A DNA stretch of 64,000 nt from Candidatus Latescibacterota bacterium (lineage in GTDB: Bacteria > Latescibacterota > UBA2968 > GCA-2709665), in contig OZ220733.1 in the NCBI GenBank assembly GCA_965116875.1, positions 3,936,001-4,000,000 on the forward strand, written 5' to 3'. This document shows positions 10,006 through 19,960 of this stretch, in pieces. The position numbers were made by a program, and so were the translations under genes. The notes below the pieces were generated by a model. It had not been told where the DNA came from and ran no database searches. It was given only the letters and a program-made list of their open reading frames with translations. Numbering within the stretch: position 1 is the stretch's first letter; each line of letters starts with the position of its first letter.

Positions 10006-11004
10006 ATGTGGAGTCTGGCACCAGTGGAAGAGACGGTCAACAGGCGCCTGTCGGTTGCGCCGATGATGGACTGGACGGACAGGCACGAACGGTATTTCCT
10101 GAGGTTGTTCTCACGGCACATCCTGCTGTATACCGAGATGATTGGCGTGGACGCCGTTCTCCGCGGACCGCGCGAGCAACTTCTGAACTACCATCGCAGG
10201 GAGCACCCGGTGGCGCTTCAACTGGGTGGCAGCGATCCGGAGGCGCTGGCGCGTTGCGCGCGGATCGGTGCGGAATACCGGTACGACGAAATCAACCTGA
10301 ACGTGGGTTGTCCGAGCGACCGGGTGCAGGCCGGCCGGTTCGGCGCGTGCCTGATGGCGGAGCCGGAACGGGTCGCCCGCTGCGTGGACGCGATGCGCAG
10401 GGCGGTTGAGATTCCGGTCACCGTGAAGACGAGGATTGGCATTGATGACCGGGATTCGTACGGGAACCTGGTCGATTTTATTCGAACCGTTTCCGATGGC
10501 GGATGCCGGGTATTCGTCATTCACGCCAGAAAAGCCTGGCTTCATGGGTTGAGTCCGAAGGAGAACCGCGAGATCCCGCCCCTGCGTTACGACGTGGTCT
10601 ACCGGTTGAAACAGGACTTCCCGGATCTGACGGTCGTCCTCAATGGTGGAATCACAACCCGCGAGCAGGTGCGCCGGCATTTGAAAAACGTGGACGGGGT
10701 CATGATCGGACGGGAGGCCTATCGGAATCCCTATTTTCTGGCGTCGATGGACCAGATGTTCTACGGCGATACGCGCGCCGTGGCCGGCCGCGGGGAGATT
10801 CTGGACCGTTTCTGCGAATACGTCGAGGATCAGCTGCAGAAGGGGATGCCGCTTGCCGGCATGACGCGGCACATCCAGGGGCTTTTTCAGGGCATGCCGG
10901 GGGCCCGCGCCTGGCGCCGGCACCTGAGCGAGAACGCGCACAGGCCGGGGTCCGGGGTGGAAGTGATTCGAAAGGCCGCCAGCTTCGTGCCCGGGTCGTC
11001 GTGA
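10006..11004 (+). CDS. dusA: tRNA-dihydrouridine(20/20a) synthase
   Basis: SVAPMMDWTDRH, ALQLGGSDP, NLNVGCPSDRVQAGRFGACLM, HARKAWLHGLSPKENREIPPL. Start may be GTG 10024. Confidence 0.96.
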   Translation: MWSLAPVEETVNRRLSVAPMMDWTDRHERYFLRLFSRHILLYTEMIGVDAVLRGPREQLLNYHRREHPVALQLGGSDPEALARCARIGAEYRYDEINLNVGCPSDRVQAGRFGACLMAEPERVARCVDAMRRAVEIPVTVKTRIGIDDRDSYGNLVDFIRTVSDGGCRVFVIHARKAWLHGLSPKENREIPPLRYDVVYRLKQDFPDLTVVLNGGITTREQVRRHLKNVDGVMIGREAYRNPYFLASMDQMFYGDTRAVAGRGEILDRFCEYVEDQLQKGMPLAGMTRHIQGLFQGMPGARAWRRHLSENAHRPGSGVEVIRKAASFVPGSS

Positions 11005-11050
11005 TTCGCCCGAGACCCGGGTTGTATGGAATCCCGCGCCCGCCGGATGT

Positions 11051-11836
11051 TTACGTCTCCAATGCCTTTCGGCAGGCGGCAACCAGGTCGCCGTGTGCGG
11101 TGGTGTATCCGATATTGACTTCCGTGTCGATGACTGCCGCGCGGGACAGGTCCAGGGTTTGGGACGTGTCCGCGACTTCGATGGCCGTGGTGCAGTCCCG
11201 GACGAGGATGATGTCGTAGCCGCGGTCCTTCATCGCCCTCATCCCGTAGTCCCGGAAGGGTACGCACATATTGGCGGCGAAGCCGGCGTAGAACAGGTGC
11301 AGGATGCCCCTGTGTTTCAGCAGGCGGTGCATCTGGGCGCCGGTAACGACGACGTCGTCGCCTTCGCGGGGTTCGGCCTCGGGAATGATGCGGCGGTTCC
11401 TGATGATGTCCTCGAAAACCTGATCGTGAGGGTCTTGGGGCCGCGCCCACGCTTCATAGTCGCCTGTTTTGGACCGGAATTCCGCGGGCGGCCAGTCGTC
11501 GGGGAGTGGCGCCGAACGCCCGAAGACTTCCTCGTCGCCCGCAAAACGGGTCCAGGCCTCATAGCGTCTGGCGCAGTCGGGGCTGGGCGCGTGAATCACG
11601 GAGGCGCCCACCGACCGGAACGCCTCGGCAACGGGAACGATACGTTCGAGTGTGATCTCTCTCCCGCGTTGCAGGTGCGTGCTCACGTAGTGATCGCTCC
11701 ACACGTCCACGAGCACCAGTGCGACCCGGTTTGCCGGATAGTCGCGCTGCAGGGTCCGGAGATGGAACTCACCTTCCGTGATGCTGGCTCGCCGGGTGAG
11801 GTGATAGTAACGGACGTCCAGCCTGATGCTCTTCAT
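11051..11836 (-). CDS. Isochorismatase/cysteine hydrolase family protein
   Basis: ALVLVDVW (catalytic Asp), VIHAPS, YAGFAANMCV (catalytic Cys), ILVRDCTTA. ATG 11836 preceded by AAAGG. Confidence 0.85.
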   Translation of the reverse strand: MKSIRLDVRYYHLTRRASITEGEFHLRTLQRDYPANRVALVLVDVWSDHYVSTHLQRGREITLERIVPVAEAFRSVGASVIHAPSPDCARRYEAWTRFAGDEEVFGRSAPLPDDWPPAEFRSKTGDYEAWARPQDPHDQVFEDIIRNRRIIPEAEPREGDDVVVTGAQMHRLLKHRGILHLFYAGFAANMCVPFRDYGMRAMKDRGYDIILVRDCTTAIEVADTSQTLDLSRAAVIDTEVNIGYTTAHGDLVAACRKALET

Positions 11837-11881
11837 ACGGGACCTTTCGATGCGTTGGTTTCTGACGCCTTGCCGGGAAGC

Positions 11882-11911
11882 AATATGGCAATGAATGAAC
11901 GCCGGTGTCAA
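11882..11911 (-). promoter_or_regulatory. Putative sigma70 promoter for the cysteine hydrolase
   Basis: Minus strand TTGACA (11911-11906), 18 nt spacer, CATATT with extended TG. Confidence 0.4.
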
Positions 11912-11979
11912 GGAGATCCCGGGACCGGCGCGGCGGATATTCGGCGCCTCGATCACGAATGGAAAGGCGGCATGCGGAG

Positions 11980-13350
11980 ATGAAAAGAGAACATATCTGG
12001 GCCCATCATGAGTGGGACGCTACGATCAACTGGAAGTTGATGGAGGGCGGCTACGCCAGCCTGCAGAGCGTGAAGCCGGGTGAGGAGATCGCGTTTCACA
12101 TTTCGAACTCCCGGTCCTATTATGAAATCTTCATCTTCAGGGAAGGCGCCAGACGGGAACTGGTCAAGACGATCGAGGGACTGCGAGGTTCGCTCCAGGA
12201 AGTCCCGGAACTGGGCTATCAGGATGGATACGGGTGGGCGCCGGCGGTGTCCTTCGTCGTACCGGATACGTGGAAGAGCGGAATCTACATTGCAACCTTT
12301 CCCACCGGACAGGGTCTGCGGGAGATTTTTTTCGTGGTGCGGCCCGGGTCGCCGCAATCGCCGATGCTGTTGACGGTTGCAACAAATACCTATCAGGCCT
12401 ACAACAACGTGGGAGGAAAGTGCTTCTACGATTACATTTCCACCGATCGGCAGCACGCCAAGCTGCTGAGTTTCGAACGCCCGCTTCAGATGGAAAGTCT
12501 GGGCAACTTCTATATCTGGGATCAGTTCTTCACTTCCTGGCTGGATGCGGAGGGATACCACGCCGACTATTGTGTAAACGGCGACCACGACGCGGAGCCC
12601 GATATTCTGAACGCCTACCGGGCGAACGTGCGCTTCGCTCACGATGAATACAACAGCCGGAATGAGTGTGAGCAGCTCCAGCGGTTCGTCGATGACGGCG
12701 GCAATCTGATTCTGTTCGGGGGGAATTGTTTCTGCCACGAGATCGAGTTGAGAGACCGGGGGAGGCAGATCTATTGCGCGAAGCCGTACTATCACGATCA
12801 TCCGACGCCCGAGCGGCCGGAGACGTCGTTTCTGTGTTTCATAGACGACCTGCGACAGCGAACGATCGGCCTGTTCTACACGTCGTTCATTCATACCAAG
12901 ACGCCGGATCCGAACGTGTTCCTTGCGCCCACGACCGAAGACTGGGGGTATTACCGCGTGTGCGATCCGGACCACTGGGTATTCGAGGGTACCGGACTTG
13001 TCGAGGGGGACGAATTCGGCCGCGAGGATTCGATCGTCGGCGTGGAGGCCGACGCGGCGGACCTGACATTCGAAAACGGCCGGCCGCGGTACACCGGCGC
13101 GGACGGCGTGTCGCCCGAATATAGAATCGTGGCCATCGCGGATTGTATGACGCCCGACGGACACCGGCTGGTGAAAGAAGGCGGGAAGGAGGGCGTCGCG
13201 CGGTGCTACGGAACCGTGGCCGTCAACGAGACCGAGTTCGAGGGTACGGTCTTCAACGCCGCCACGATCGAATGGGCCCACGGGTTATACCGGGATGAAA
13301 GCGTGGTGGCCAGGATCACGCGCAACGTACTGGACCGATTGGCGACGTAA
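11980..13350 (+). CDS. N,N-dimethylformamidase large-subunit-like protein (DUF6605-type)
   Basis: EGGYAS..SVKPGE, WKSGIY, FFVVRP, TNTYQAYNNVGGKCFYD, SFERP, AHDEY, GGNL...GGN, HWVFEGTGL, GVEAD, VFNAATIEW...ITRNVL. Confidence 0.82.
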   Translation: MKREHIWAHHEWDATINWKLMEGGYASLQSVKPGEEIAFHISNSRSYYEIFIFREGARRELVKTIEGLRGSLQEVPELGYQDGYGWAPAVSFVVPDTWKSGIYIATFPTGQGLREIFFVVRPGSPQSPMLLTVATNTYQAYNNVGGKCFYDYISTDRQHAKLLSFERPLQMESLGNFYIWDQFFTSWLDAEGYHADYCVNGDHDAEPDILNAYRANVRFAHDEYNSRNECEQLQRFVDDGGNLILFGGNCFCHEIELRDRGRQIYCAKPYYHDHPTPERPETSFLCFIDDLRQRTIGLFYTSFIHTKTPDPNVFLAPTTEDWGYYRVCDPDHWVFEGTGLVEGDEFGREDSIVGVEADAADLTFENGRPRYTGADGVSPEYRIVAIADCMTPDGHRLVKEGGKEGVARCYGTVAVNETEFEGTVFNAATIEWAHGLYRDESVVARITRNVLDRLAT

Positions 13351-13409
13351 CGCGGTCCGGTTGGGAAGTGCCGCCGCACCGCTGCCCCAATCTTCAACAC
13401 GGGCTTCCA

Positions 13410-15077
13410 ATGATGGATGCGGGTGTTCGAATTCAACTGGATCTGAGAATCCCGATGAGAGACGGGGTGAATCTCTACGGCGCGGCATACCTTCCGCCGC
13501 GGGGAGAGCGGTTTCCCGTACTGCTCATCCGGTCGCCGTACAGCACACAGCACCCCAGGTACGTGGACTGGGCCGTGCGTTTCGCTTCGTCGGGATACGC
13601 GGCTGTGATGGTGGACAGCCGCGGGCGCTACGAGTCCGAGGGCGAGTGGCGGGCGTACGTGGACGAGGCGCAGGATGGATACGACACGCAGCAGTGGATC
13701 GGGGCGCAGGCGTGGTGCGACGGCAACATCGGGATGTTCGGGATTTCCTATCCGGGTTTCACACAGATTCTTCCGGCCCCGTTTCGGAGTCCCTTCGTGA
13801 AGGGGCTGATGCCCATTGCGAACCAGGAGGACAACTACGGGCACCTGCGTTATAACGGCGTGCTCCAGCTGCAGAATGCGATGAACTGGATCTGGCTCGG
13901 CGGGCGGACCAGACAGCACGCGCCGCGGGACCTGCTGGACTGGGACCGGATCTACCGCCGGCTGCCGCTGATCTCGGCCATGGACGGCATCGCGGACCGG
14001 CCGTTCTTCAGGGAGATGGTCCGGCACAACGAATTCGACGCATTCTGGTCCTCGTACAGCATGAAGGGCCGGTACGGGGAAGTGAGTACGCCGGCCTATT
14101 TCGTGTCGGGATGGTACGATAATCTGGTCCACGAGGGTTTCAAGTGTTTTCGCGGCTGGCGCACGGAAGCCGGAGACGCCCGTACCCGGCAACTGACCCG
14201 TCTGATGGTCGGGCCCTGGACGCACTCGGCGATCGGGAGCGCCGAGCCGTTCGGAGACATCGACTTCGGATCGAACGCGGCGGTGGATATTCCTGGTGAA
14301 CATCTGCGCTGGTACGACAAGCGGCTGCGCGGGATCGATACCGGGATCGACGAGGAACCGGCCATCCGGATTTTCGTGATGGGCAGGAACGCGTGGCGAT
14401 GGGAAAACGAGTGGCCGCTGGCGCGAACGAATTACACGGCGTACTATCTCCACAGCGGTGGCCGTGCGAATTCGCTTCGGGGCGACGGTGAACTCAGCCT
14501 TGGGGCGCCGGGAGACGAACCCGCGGACCGGTTCGACTACGATCCCGGAAATCCGGTGCCGACGGTGGGCGGGCAGAGTCTGTCACACGCCAACACGGGT
14601 CCCCGCGACCGGCAGGGTGTGGAATGCCGTGAAGACGTGCTGGTATACAATACGGAAACACTGGTGTCGGACGTGGAGGTAACCGGCCCGGTGGCACTCA
14701 CGCTGTTCGCCGAATCGGATGCGCGGGATACGGATTTTACGGCCACACTGGTCGACGTACATCCCGACGGACCGGCGATCCACATAACGGAGGGTATCGT
14801 GCGGGCGCGATTCCGCGAGTCCTTTCGCAAACCGTGCCTGATTCCACCTGGCGCGGTTATTGAATACCGGATCGTACTCTGGGAGACCAGCAACGTATTC
14901 AAAGCCGGCCATCGGATCAGGCTGGAGGTCTCCAGCAGCAATTTCCCGCGTTTCGACCGGAACCTGAATACTGGCAATGTCCCGGGTCTGGATGAGGAGA
15001 TGAAGGTGGCGCGTCAGACGATCCATCACAGCAGTCGATACCCGTCGCATCTGCTTTTGCCGGTGATTCCCGAATGA
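13410..15077 (+). CDS. CocE/NonD family alpha/beta hydrolase
   Basis: IPMRDGVNL, IRSPY, DSRGRYESEG, GMFGISYPG nucleophile motif, SGWYD, GPWTH, C-terminal GHRIRLEVSSSNFPRFDRN. Confidence 0.95.
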   Translation: MMDAGVRIQLDLRIPMRDGVNLYGAAYLPPRGERFPVLLIRSPYSTQHPRYVDWAVRFASSGYAAVMVDSRGRYESEGEWRAYVDEAQDGYDTQQWIGAQAWCDGNIGMFGISYPGFTQILPAPFRSPFVKGLMPIANQEDNYGHLRYNGVLQLQNAMNWIWLGGRTRQHAPRDLLDWDRIYRRLPLISAMDGIADRPFFREMVRHNEFDAFWSSYSMKGRYGEVSTPAYFVSGWYDNLVHEGFKCFRGWRTEAGDARTRQLTRLMVGPWTHSAIGSAEPFGDIDFGSNAAVDIPGEHLRWYDKRLRGIDTGIDEEPAIRIFVMGRNAWRWENEWPLARTNYTAYYLHSGGRANSLRGDGELSLGAPGDEPADRFDYDPGNPVPTVGGQSLSHANTGPRDRQGVECREDVLVYNTETLVSDVEVTGPVALTLFAESDARDTDFTATLVDVHPDGPAIHITEGIVRARFRESFRKPCLIPPGAVIEYRIVLWETSNVFKAGHRIRLEVSSSNFPRFDRNLNTGNVPGLDEEMKVARQTIHHSSRYPSHLLLPVIPE

Positions 15078-17200
15078 ATGAGACGGCATTTCGAATCGGC
15101 GCCGACGTGGGCGGGACGTTTACGGATGTGATCCTTATGGACGCCGGGGGGAATCTGTGGACGCACAAGATTCCCTCGACTCCGCCGGATTTCGAGCGGG
15201 CCGTTCTTGACGCCATCGCTCGCCTGCTGAAGGAGACCGGGATACCCGCCGAATCGATTGCCGATGTCTCGCACGGGACCACGGTGGCGACCAACGCCGT
15301 CCTCGAACGCCGGGGCGCCAGGACAGCGCTGATCACCACGCGCGGATTTCGCGACGTACTCGAATTGCGGCGCGTCAGGGCCCCGCAGATGTACGATCTG
15401 TTCTTCGACAAACCGGAACCCATCGTGGAGCGGTATCTGAGGCTGGAGGTGACGGAGCGCATTGCCGCCGACGGTGAAGTCCTGGCGCCTCTGGACAGGG
15501 CGGACCTCGAAACGGTGAAGGCCGCAATTGAACGGGAACGGGTGGAGTCGATCGCGGTCTGCACGCTTCACGCCTACGCGTATCCACGGCACGAACACGC
15601 AATCGGCGAATTCCTCCAGGACGCGTTTCCCGACTTGCCGGTATCCCTTTCAACGGAGATTCTGCCTGAACGCCGGGAATACGAGCGCACGGCAACGACC
15701 GTGCTGAACGCGTACGTGCGTCCCGTCATGCAGCGTTATCTCAACGCGATGCGCGATGGCCTGACGGGACAGGGCATTCTCGCGCCTGTGCTGATCATGC
15801 AATCCGCGGGCGGCCTGACCCCGGAGGCCGACGCGGCCGGCCGACCCGTGTACGTTCTCGAGTCCGGGCCCGCGGCGGGGGTCTTCGCGGCCCGTTCCGC
15901 GGGAGAACAACTGGGTATCGACGATTTCATCACGTTCGATATGGGCGGCACCACGGCCAAGGCGTCCATCGTCGAAAACGGCGAGATCTCCTACAGCCCG
16001 GAGTACGAGGTCGGCGCATCCGTGTCGGCCGGAAACAGGCTGGTGGGCGGGGGCGGCGAGTTGATTCGCGCGCCCAGCATCGATATCGCCGAGGTGGGAT
16101 CCGGGGGCGGCAGCATCGCCTGTCTGGATGGGGCGGGCGGACTGCGGGTTGGACCCGGAAGCGCGGGCGCCGTTCCGGGCCCCGCCTGTTACGGCCGCGG
16201 CGGAAACGAGCCCACCGTGACCGACGCCAATGTCGTGCTGGGGTATATTCGCCCTGGGGAACTGGCGGACGGGGAAGTCTCCATAGACACCGAGGCCGCG
16301 AGCAGGATTGTGTATGATCGGATTGCGGCGCCGCTGGGCATGGACCTGCTCGAGGCGGCCGAGGGCATACACAGGATTGCCAACGCCCGGTGTATGCGAG
16401 CGCTTCGGTCCGTGTCCACGGAGCGGGGCCGTGATCCGAGGTCGTTCTCCCTGATCGCCTTCGGCGGTTCCGGTCCGGTTCATGCCGCGGGCCTGGCCGG
16501 CGAACTTCTGAGTCCCAGAGTCATTGTCCCTCCGTTGCCCGGATTGTTCAGTGCGCTGGGGCTTCTGTTTTCCGGCGTGGAACATCATGAAGTTTCCAGT
16601 TGTCTGCTTTCGGGCGACGGGCTGAGCGCGGAGGCGCTGAGCGGCATCCAGTCGGAACTGAAGCGAAAGATGCTTGCCCGGTTCCGGGCGGAGGGCTATT
16701 CCGATGAACAGGTGGCGCTTCACCCCAGTGTGGACGTGCGTTTTCGAGGCCAGGCGTCGGAGATCCGGATTCCTGTGGAGGAAATCCCGGTGACAGACGC
16801 GACGGTAAGAGACCTGTGCAGCGCATTCGAACGGGAACACAGGCAGCTTTACGGGCATTCGTCGGAACCCGATATTCCGGTTGAGGTGGTCGCCGTACGC
16901 CTGATCGGCAGCACCGGACGCCGCGGAACAGGGGGGCGAATTCGCGCTTCGCGGCGGAATGTCCGAAAGATGGCCTCGCGCCCTGCGTATTTCGGAAAGG
17001 CGTGGGGAACGGTGGAGACCCCGGTTATCGACCGCGAGGAGCTGACAGGAACCCGGGTCGGTCCTCTGTTGATCGACGAATACGATTCCACGACGGTAGT
17101 GCCGCCGGGGATTCGCGCCTATCGGGACCGTCAGGATTTCGTGGTTCTGGAAGGGAACGGTGCGTCGTCGTGCGCTTCGGCATCGCCGGGAGAAACGTGA
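15074..17200 (+). CDS. Hydantoinase/oxoprolinase subunit A
   Basis: DVGGTFTD, HGTTVATNA, EYERTATT, ESGPAAG, DMGGTT, GSGGGSIA, PGPACYG, PTVTDAN. Overlaps the upstream stop by 4 nt. Confidence 0.95.
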   Translation: MNETAFRIGADVGGTFTDVILMDAGGNLWTHKIPSTPPDFERAVLDAIARLLKETGIPAESIADVSHGTTVATNAVLERRGARTALITTRGFRDVLELRRVRAPQMYDLFFDKPEPIVERYLRLEVTERIAADGEVLAPLDRADLETVKAAIERERVESIAVCTLHAYAYPRHEHAIGEFLQDAFPDLPVSLSTEILPERREYERTATTVLNAYVRPVMQRYLNAMRDGLTGQGILAPVLIMQSAGGLTPEADAAGRPVYVLESGPAAGVFAARSAGEQLGIDDFITFDMGGTTAKASIVENGEISYSPEYEVGASVSAGNRLVGGGGELIRAPSIDIAEVGSGGGSIACLDGAGGLRVGPGSAGAVPGPACYGRGGNEPTVTDANVVLGYIRPGELADGEVSIDTEAASRIVYDRIAAPLGMDLLEAAEGIHRIANARCMRALRSVSTERGRDPRSFSLIAFGGSGPVHAAGLAGELLSPRVIVPPLPGLFSALGLLFSGVEHHEVSSCLLSGDGLSAEALSGIQSELKRKMLARFRAEGYSDEQVALHPSVDVRFRGQASEIRIPVEEIPVTDATVRDLCSAFEREHRQLYGHSSEPDIPVEVVAVRLIGSTGRRGTGGRIRASRRNVRKMASRPAYFGKAWGTVETPVIDREELTGTRVGPLLIDEYDSTTVVPPGIRAYRDRQDFVVLEGNGASSCASASPGET

Positions 17201-17204
17201 AACC

Positions 17205-18959
17205 ATGACTCGGATTGACCCCGTAACGCGCGAGATCATGCAGAATGCGCTTGCCGCCGCCGCCGATGAAATGAGCGCCGCGCTGTATCGAACGGCCTAT
17301 TCCACCATCGTGCGCGACTGCCTGGACTATTCCACGTCGCTGTGCAACGCAAAGGGACAGATGATCGCGCAGGGCGTGACGATTCCGCTGCATCTGGGAT
17401 CCGTCCCGTACGCAATGGCCGCGCTGTTCGAGCGCTTCGGCGATGAGATCCACCCCGGCGACGTGTTTATTCTGAACGACCCCTTCGACGGCGGGATGCA
17501 CATTCCGGATATATTCATCGTGCAGCCGGTTTTCTGGGAGGGTCAGCGAGTGGCTTTCGCGGTGAGTACGGCGCACCATCTGGACCTTGGCGGACGCCTG
17601 CCGGGGAGTTCCGCCTGCGATAACACGGAGATCTTCCAGGAAGGCATCCGCATTCCGTGGCTCAAGCTCTATCACAGGGGCGAGCCCGACGAGTCTATAT
17701 TTTCCCTGATTCGTACGAACGTGCGGGTGCCCCAGATGACGATCGGGGACATCAGGGCGCAGTTGGCGGCCTGCCACATCGGCGAGCGGGCGGTGCATTC
17801 ACTGATCGAACGGTACGGGCACGACACGTTCCAGGCGGGCTCGCAGGATCTGATCGACTACACGGAACGGCTGGTACGTTCGGAGATTGCATCCTGGCCC
17901 GATGGATCCCATTCCTTCACGGACTATCTGGACAGCGACGGTGTCGGCGGCCCCCGGGTGCGAATCAGGGTGAAAATGACCGTGCGGGGAGACTCGCTGA
18001 CGGCGGACTTCACGGGGACGGACCCTCAGGTGCGCGGGGCGGTCAACAGTACGCTCTCGTTTACGGCGGCGGTGGTTGCCCTGTGCGTGCGTGCCGTGAT
18101 GCGGGAGGACATTCCGAATACCGAAGGGTTGTTCAGTCCTCTGGAAATTGTCGCGCCCGAAGGCACGCTCGTGAACGTACGGATGCCGGGCGCGTCGTCC
18201 ATGCGCGGCGTGACGGGGTTCCGGATGACGGACGTGGTGTTCGGCGCGCTGTCCGGGCTGCTGCCGGAGCGCGTGCTGGCCGCTGGCGAGGGGGGCAATT
18301 CGCTGGTCATCATCGGTGGTCAGCGGCAGGACAGGTCGCACTATGTCTACTATGAACTGCTCTCCGGGACCTGGGGCGCGCGGCCGGACCGGGACGGAAA
18401 CGACGGGTTGTGCAATCCTGCGAACGTGGCCAGCAACATCCCCGTTGAACAGGCCGAGTGTGAATACCCGGTGAGAATCGACCGCTACGGGCTGGTTTGC
18501 GACAGCGGGGGCGCAGGACGATTCCGGGGCGGAATGGCGATCGAGCGGGAGTGGACCCTGCTCTCGGGCGAGGCGCACCTGGCGATCCGGTCCGATCGGA
18601 GAGACCACCTGCCGTACGGCCTCTACGGCGGTAAGCCGGCGACGGGATCGACCAATGTACTTTACAGCGGGAACGGCCGCGAGGAGTTGCCGACCATGAT
18701 ATCGACGTCGATGTCGGCGGGAGACCGGATCTACCACCGGCAGGCGGGCGGCGGCGGCTGGGGCGATGCGACGGAACGTGATCCTGCCGCTGTCGCGCGG
18801 GACGTCAGGAACGGGAGGGTTTCGGCGAACAGGGCGCGGAAGCAGTACGGCGTGGTGATCGATCCCGGGACGTTTGACGTCGACATGACAGAAACCGCGG
18901 ACGTGAGGCGGCGGATGGCCGGACAGGATACCGGGCCCGGCGGCGGCAACACGGGTTGA
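17205..18959 (+). CDS. Hydantoinase B/oxoprolinase subunit
   Basis: DPVTREI, RTAYSTIVRDCLDYS, LNDPFDGGMHIPD, HHLDLGG, EIFQEG, SGGAGRFRGG, GGGGWGD. Confidence 0.95.
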   Translation: MTRIDPVTREIMQNALAAAADEMSAALYRTAYSTIVRDCLDYSTSLCNAKGQMIAQGVTIPLHLGSVPYAMAALFERFGDEIHPGDVFILNDPFDGGMHIPDIFIVQPVFWEGQRVAFAVSTAHHLDLGGRLPGSSACDNTEIFQEGIRIPWLKLYHRGEPDESIFSLIRTNVRVPQMTIGDIRAQLAACHIGERAVHSLIERYGHDTFQAGSQDLIDYTERLVRSEIASWPDGSHSFTDYLDSDGVGGPRVRIRVKMTVRGDSLTADFTGTDPQVRGAVNSTLSFTAAVVALCVRAVMREDIPNTEGLFSPLEIVAPEGTLVNVRMPGASSMRGVTGFRMTDVVFGALSGLLPERVLAAGEGGNSLVIIGGQRQDRSHYVYYELLSGTWGARPDRDGNDGLCNPANVASNIPVEQAECEYPVRIDRYGLVCDSGGAGRFRGGMAIEREWTLLSGEAHLAIRSDRRDHLPYGLYGGKPATGSTNVLYSGNGREELPTMISTSMSAGDRIYHRQAGGGGWGDATERDPAAVARDVRNGRVSANRARKQYGVVIDPGTFDVDMTETADVRRRMAGQDTGPGGGNTG

Positions 18960-18984
18960 CTCGAAAGTGGAATGGTGATATATT
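18956..18984 (+). promoter_or_regulatory. Putative sigma70 promoter for the ankyrin lipoprotein
   Basis: TTGACT (18956-18961), 17 nt spacer, TATATT (18979-18984) with extended TG. RBS AGGAGG at 19022-19027. Confidence 0.6.
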
Positions 18985-19033
18985 TAAATCGGGACGGAAT
19001 GTAGTGTAACCCGATTCATATAGGAGGCAGCCT

Positions 19034-19873
19034 ATGTCCGGAAAAGTCAATCGTTTCGTGCTGTTTCTGCTGGTGTTGGGGTTCGCGGGCTGCGGCGCGC
19101 CGCTCACGGAATTGTCACGTCGAGGGGACGTCAATGGGGTTCAGCGGGCCCTCGATCGCGGGAGCGACGTGAATGCCAGGACGCCGCAGGGCCACAGCCC
19201 GTTGACGCTGGCTTCCAGAGAGGGTCATCTCGAGATTGTCCTCGCCCTCCTCCGTGAAGGCGCGGACGTCGACGCGGTGGCCTGGACCGTCGGCGCCCAC
19301 ACCGTCGAAAGCCAGGATCGTCACGGCGGCTATGCGTTCATCAGGGAACGGTATGCCAACCCCGACAGTTCGGGGCCCCAGTCCAGGTTCATGGCGCAGC
19401 GGACCCGCGGTTCGGCGTACTGGGTGTTGAGAGACGGAAAGACCGCGTTGATGCTTGCCGCCGAGGCCGGCCACCTGGACGTGGTCAAGGCGCTTGTTGA
19501 AGGCGGCTCCGCCCTGTTCGCCACAAGCGGCGGCGAAGTCGTAACCTCCGGAATGCCGTCATACAGGGACTACGACGGGATACTCGCGGGTTATACCGGC
19601 GCGCAGCCGGAAGATATCAGACGTGAAGACGGCAAACAAGGTGGCAGTTACTACGGTCCGGAGCATGGCCGCGTCTTATATTACGATGTTGTCGATTCCG
19701 ACCTTCCATCCTGGACGATCGGAGGCAGCACGGCGCTGGACTTCGCTTACCTGAACGGACATAAGGAAATCATCGACTTCCTCCTGGAATCGGGCGCCGG
19801 GATGACCCCGTCGACTCTGAAACGCGAACTTCCATCGTCACCTGAGAACGTGATCGATGTCTCGAACAATTAA
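19034..19873 (+). CDS. Ankyrin-repeat lipoprotein
   Basis: Signal peptide with lipobox FAGC. Ankyrin units GHSPLTLASREGHLEIVLALLREGADVDA, GKTALMLAAEAGHLDVVKALVEGG and GSTALDFAYLNGHKEIIDFLLESGA. Confidence 0.9.
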   Translation: MSGKVNRFVLFLLVLGFAGCGAPLTELSRRGDVNGVQRALDRGSDVNARTPQGHSPLTLASREGHLEIVLALLREGADVDAVAWTVGAHTVESQDRHGGYAFIRERYANPDSSGPQSRFMAQRTRGSAYWVLRDGKTALMLAAEAGHLDVVKALVEGGSALFATSGGEVVTSGMPSYRDYDGILAGYTGAQPEDIRREDGKQGGSYYGPEHGRVLYYDVVDSDLPSWTIGGSTALDFAYLNGHKEIIDFLLESGAGMTPSTLKRELPSSPENVIDVSNN

Positions 19874-19880
19874 ACGCCTC

Positions 19881-19960
19881 GCGGTGCGGGATTTCTCTTA
19901 CGAAAACGGACATACGTACGTCGTCGATCTCCTCCTGGAAGCCGGCGCGCTGGCGCGTAA
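19881..19960 (+). pseudogene. Orphan degenerate ankyrin repeat just after the stop codon
   Basis: Translates from 19881 as AVRDFSYENGHTYVVDLLLEAGALAR and aligns with the last repeat (ALDFAYLNGHKEIIDFLLESGA). It is out of frame with the gene and has no start codon. Confidence 0.65.
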
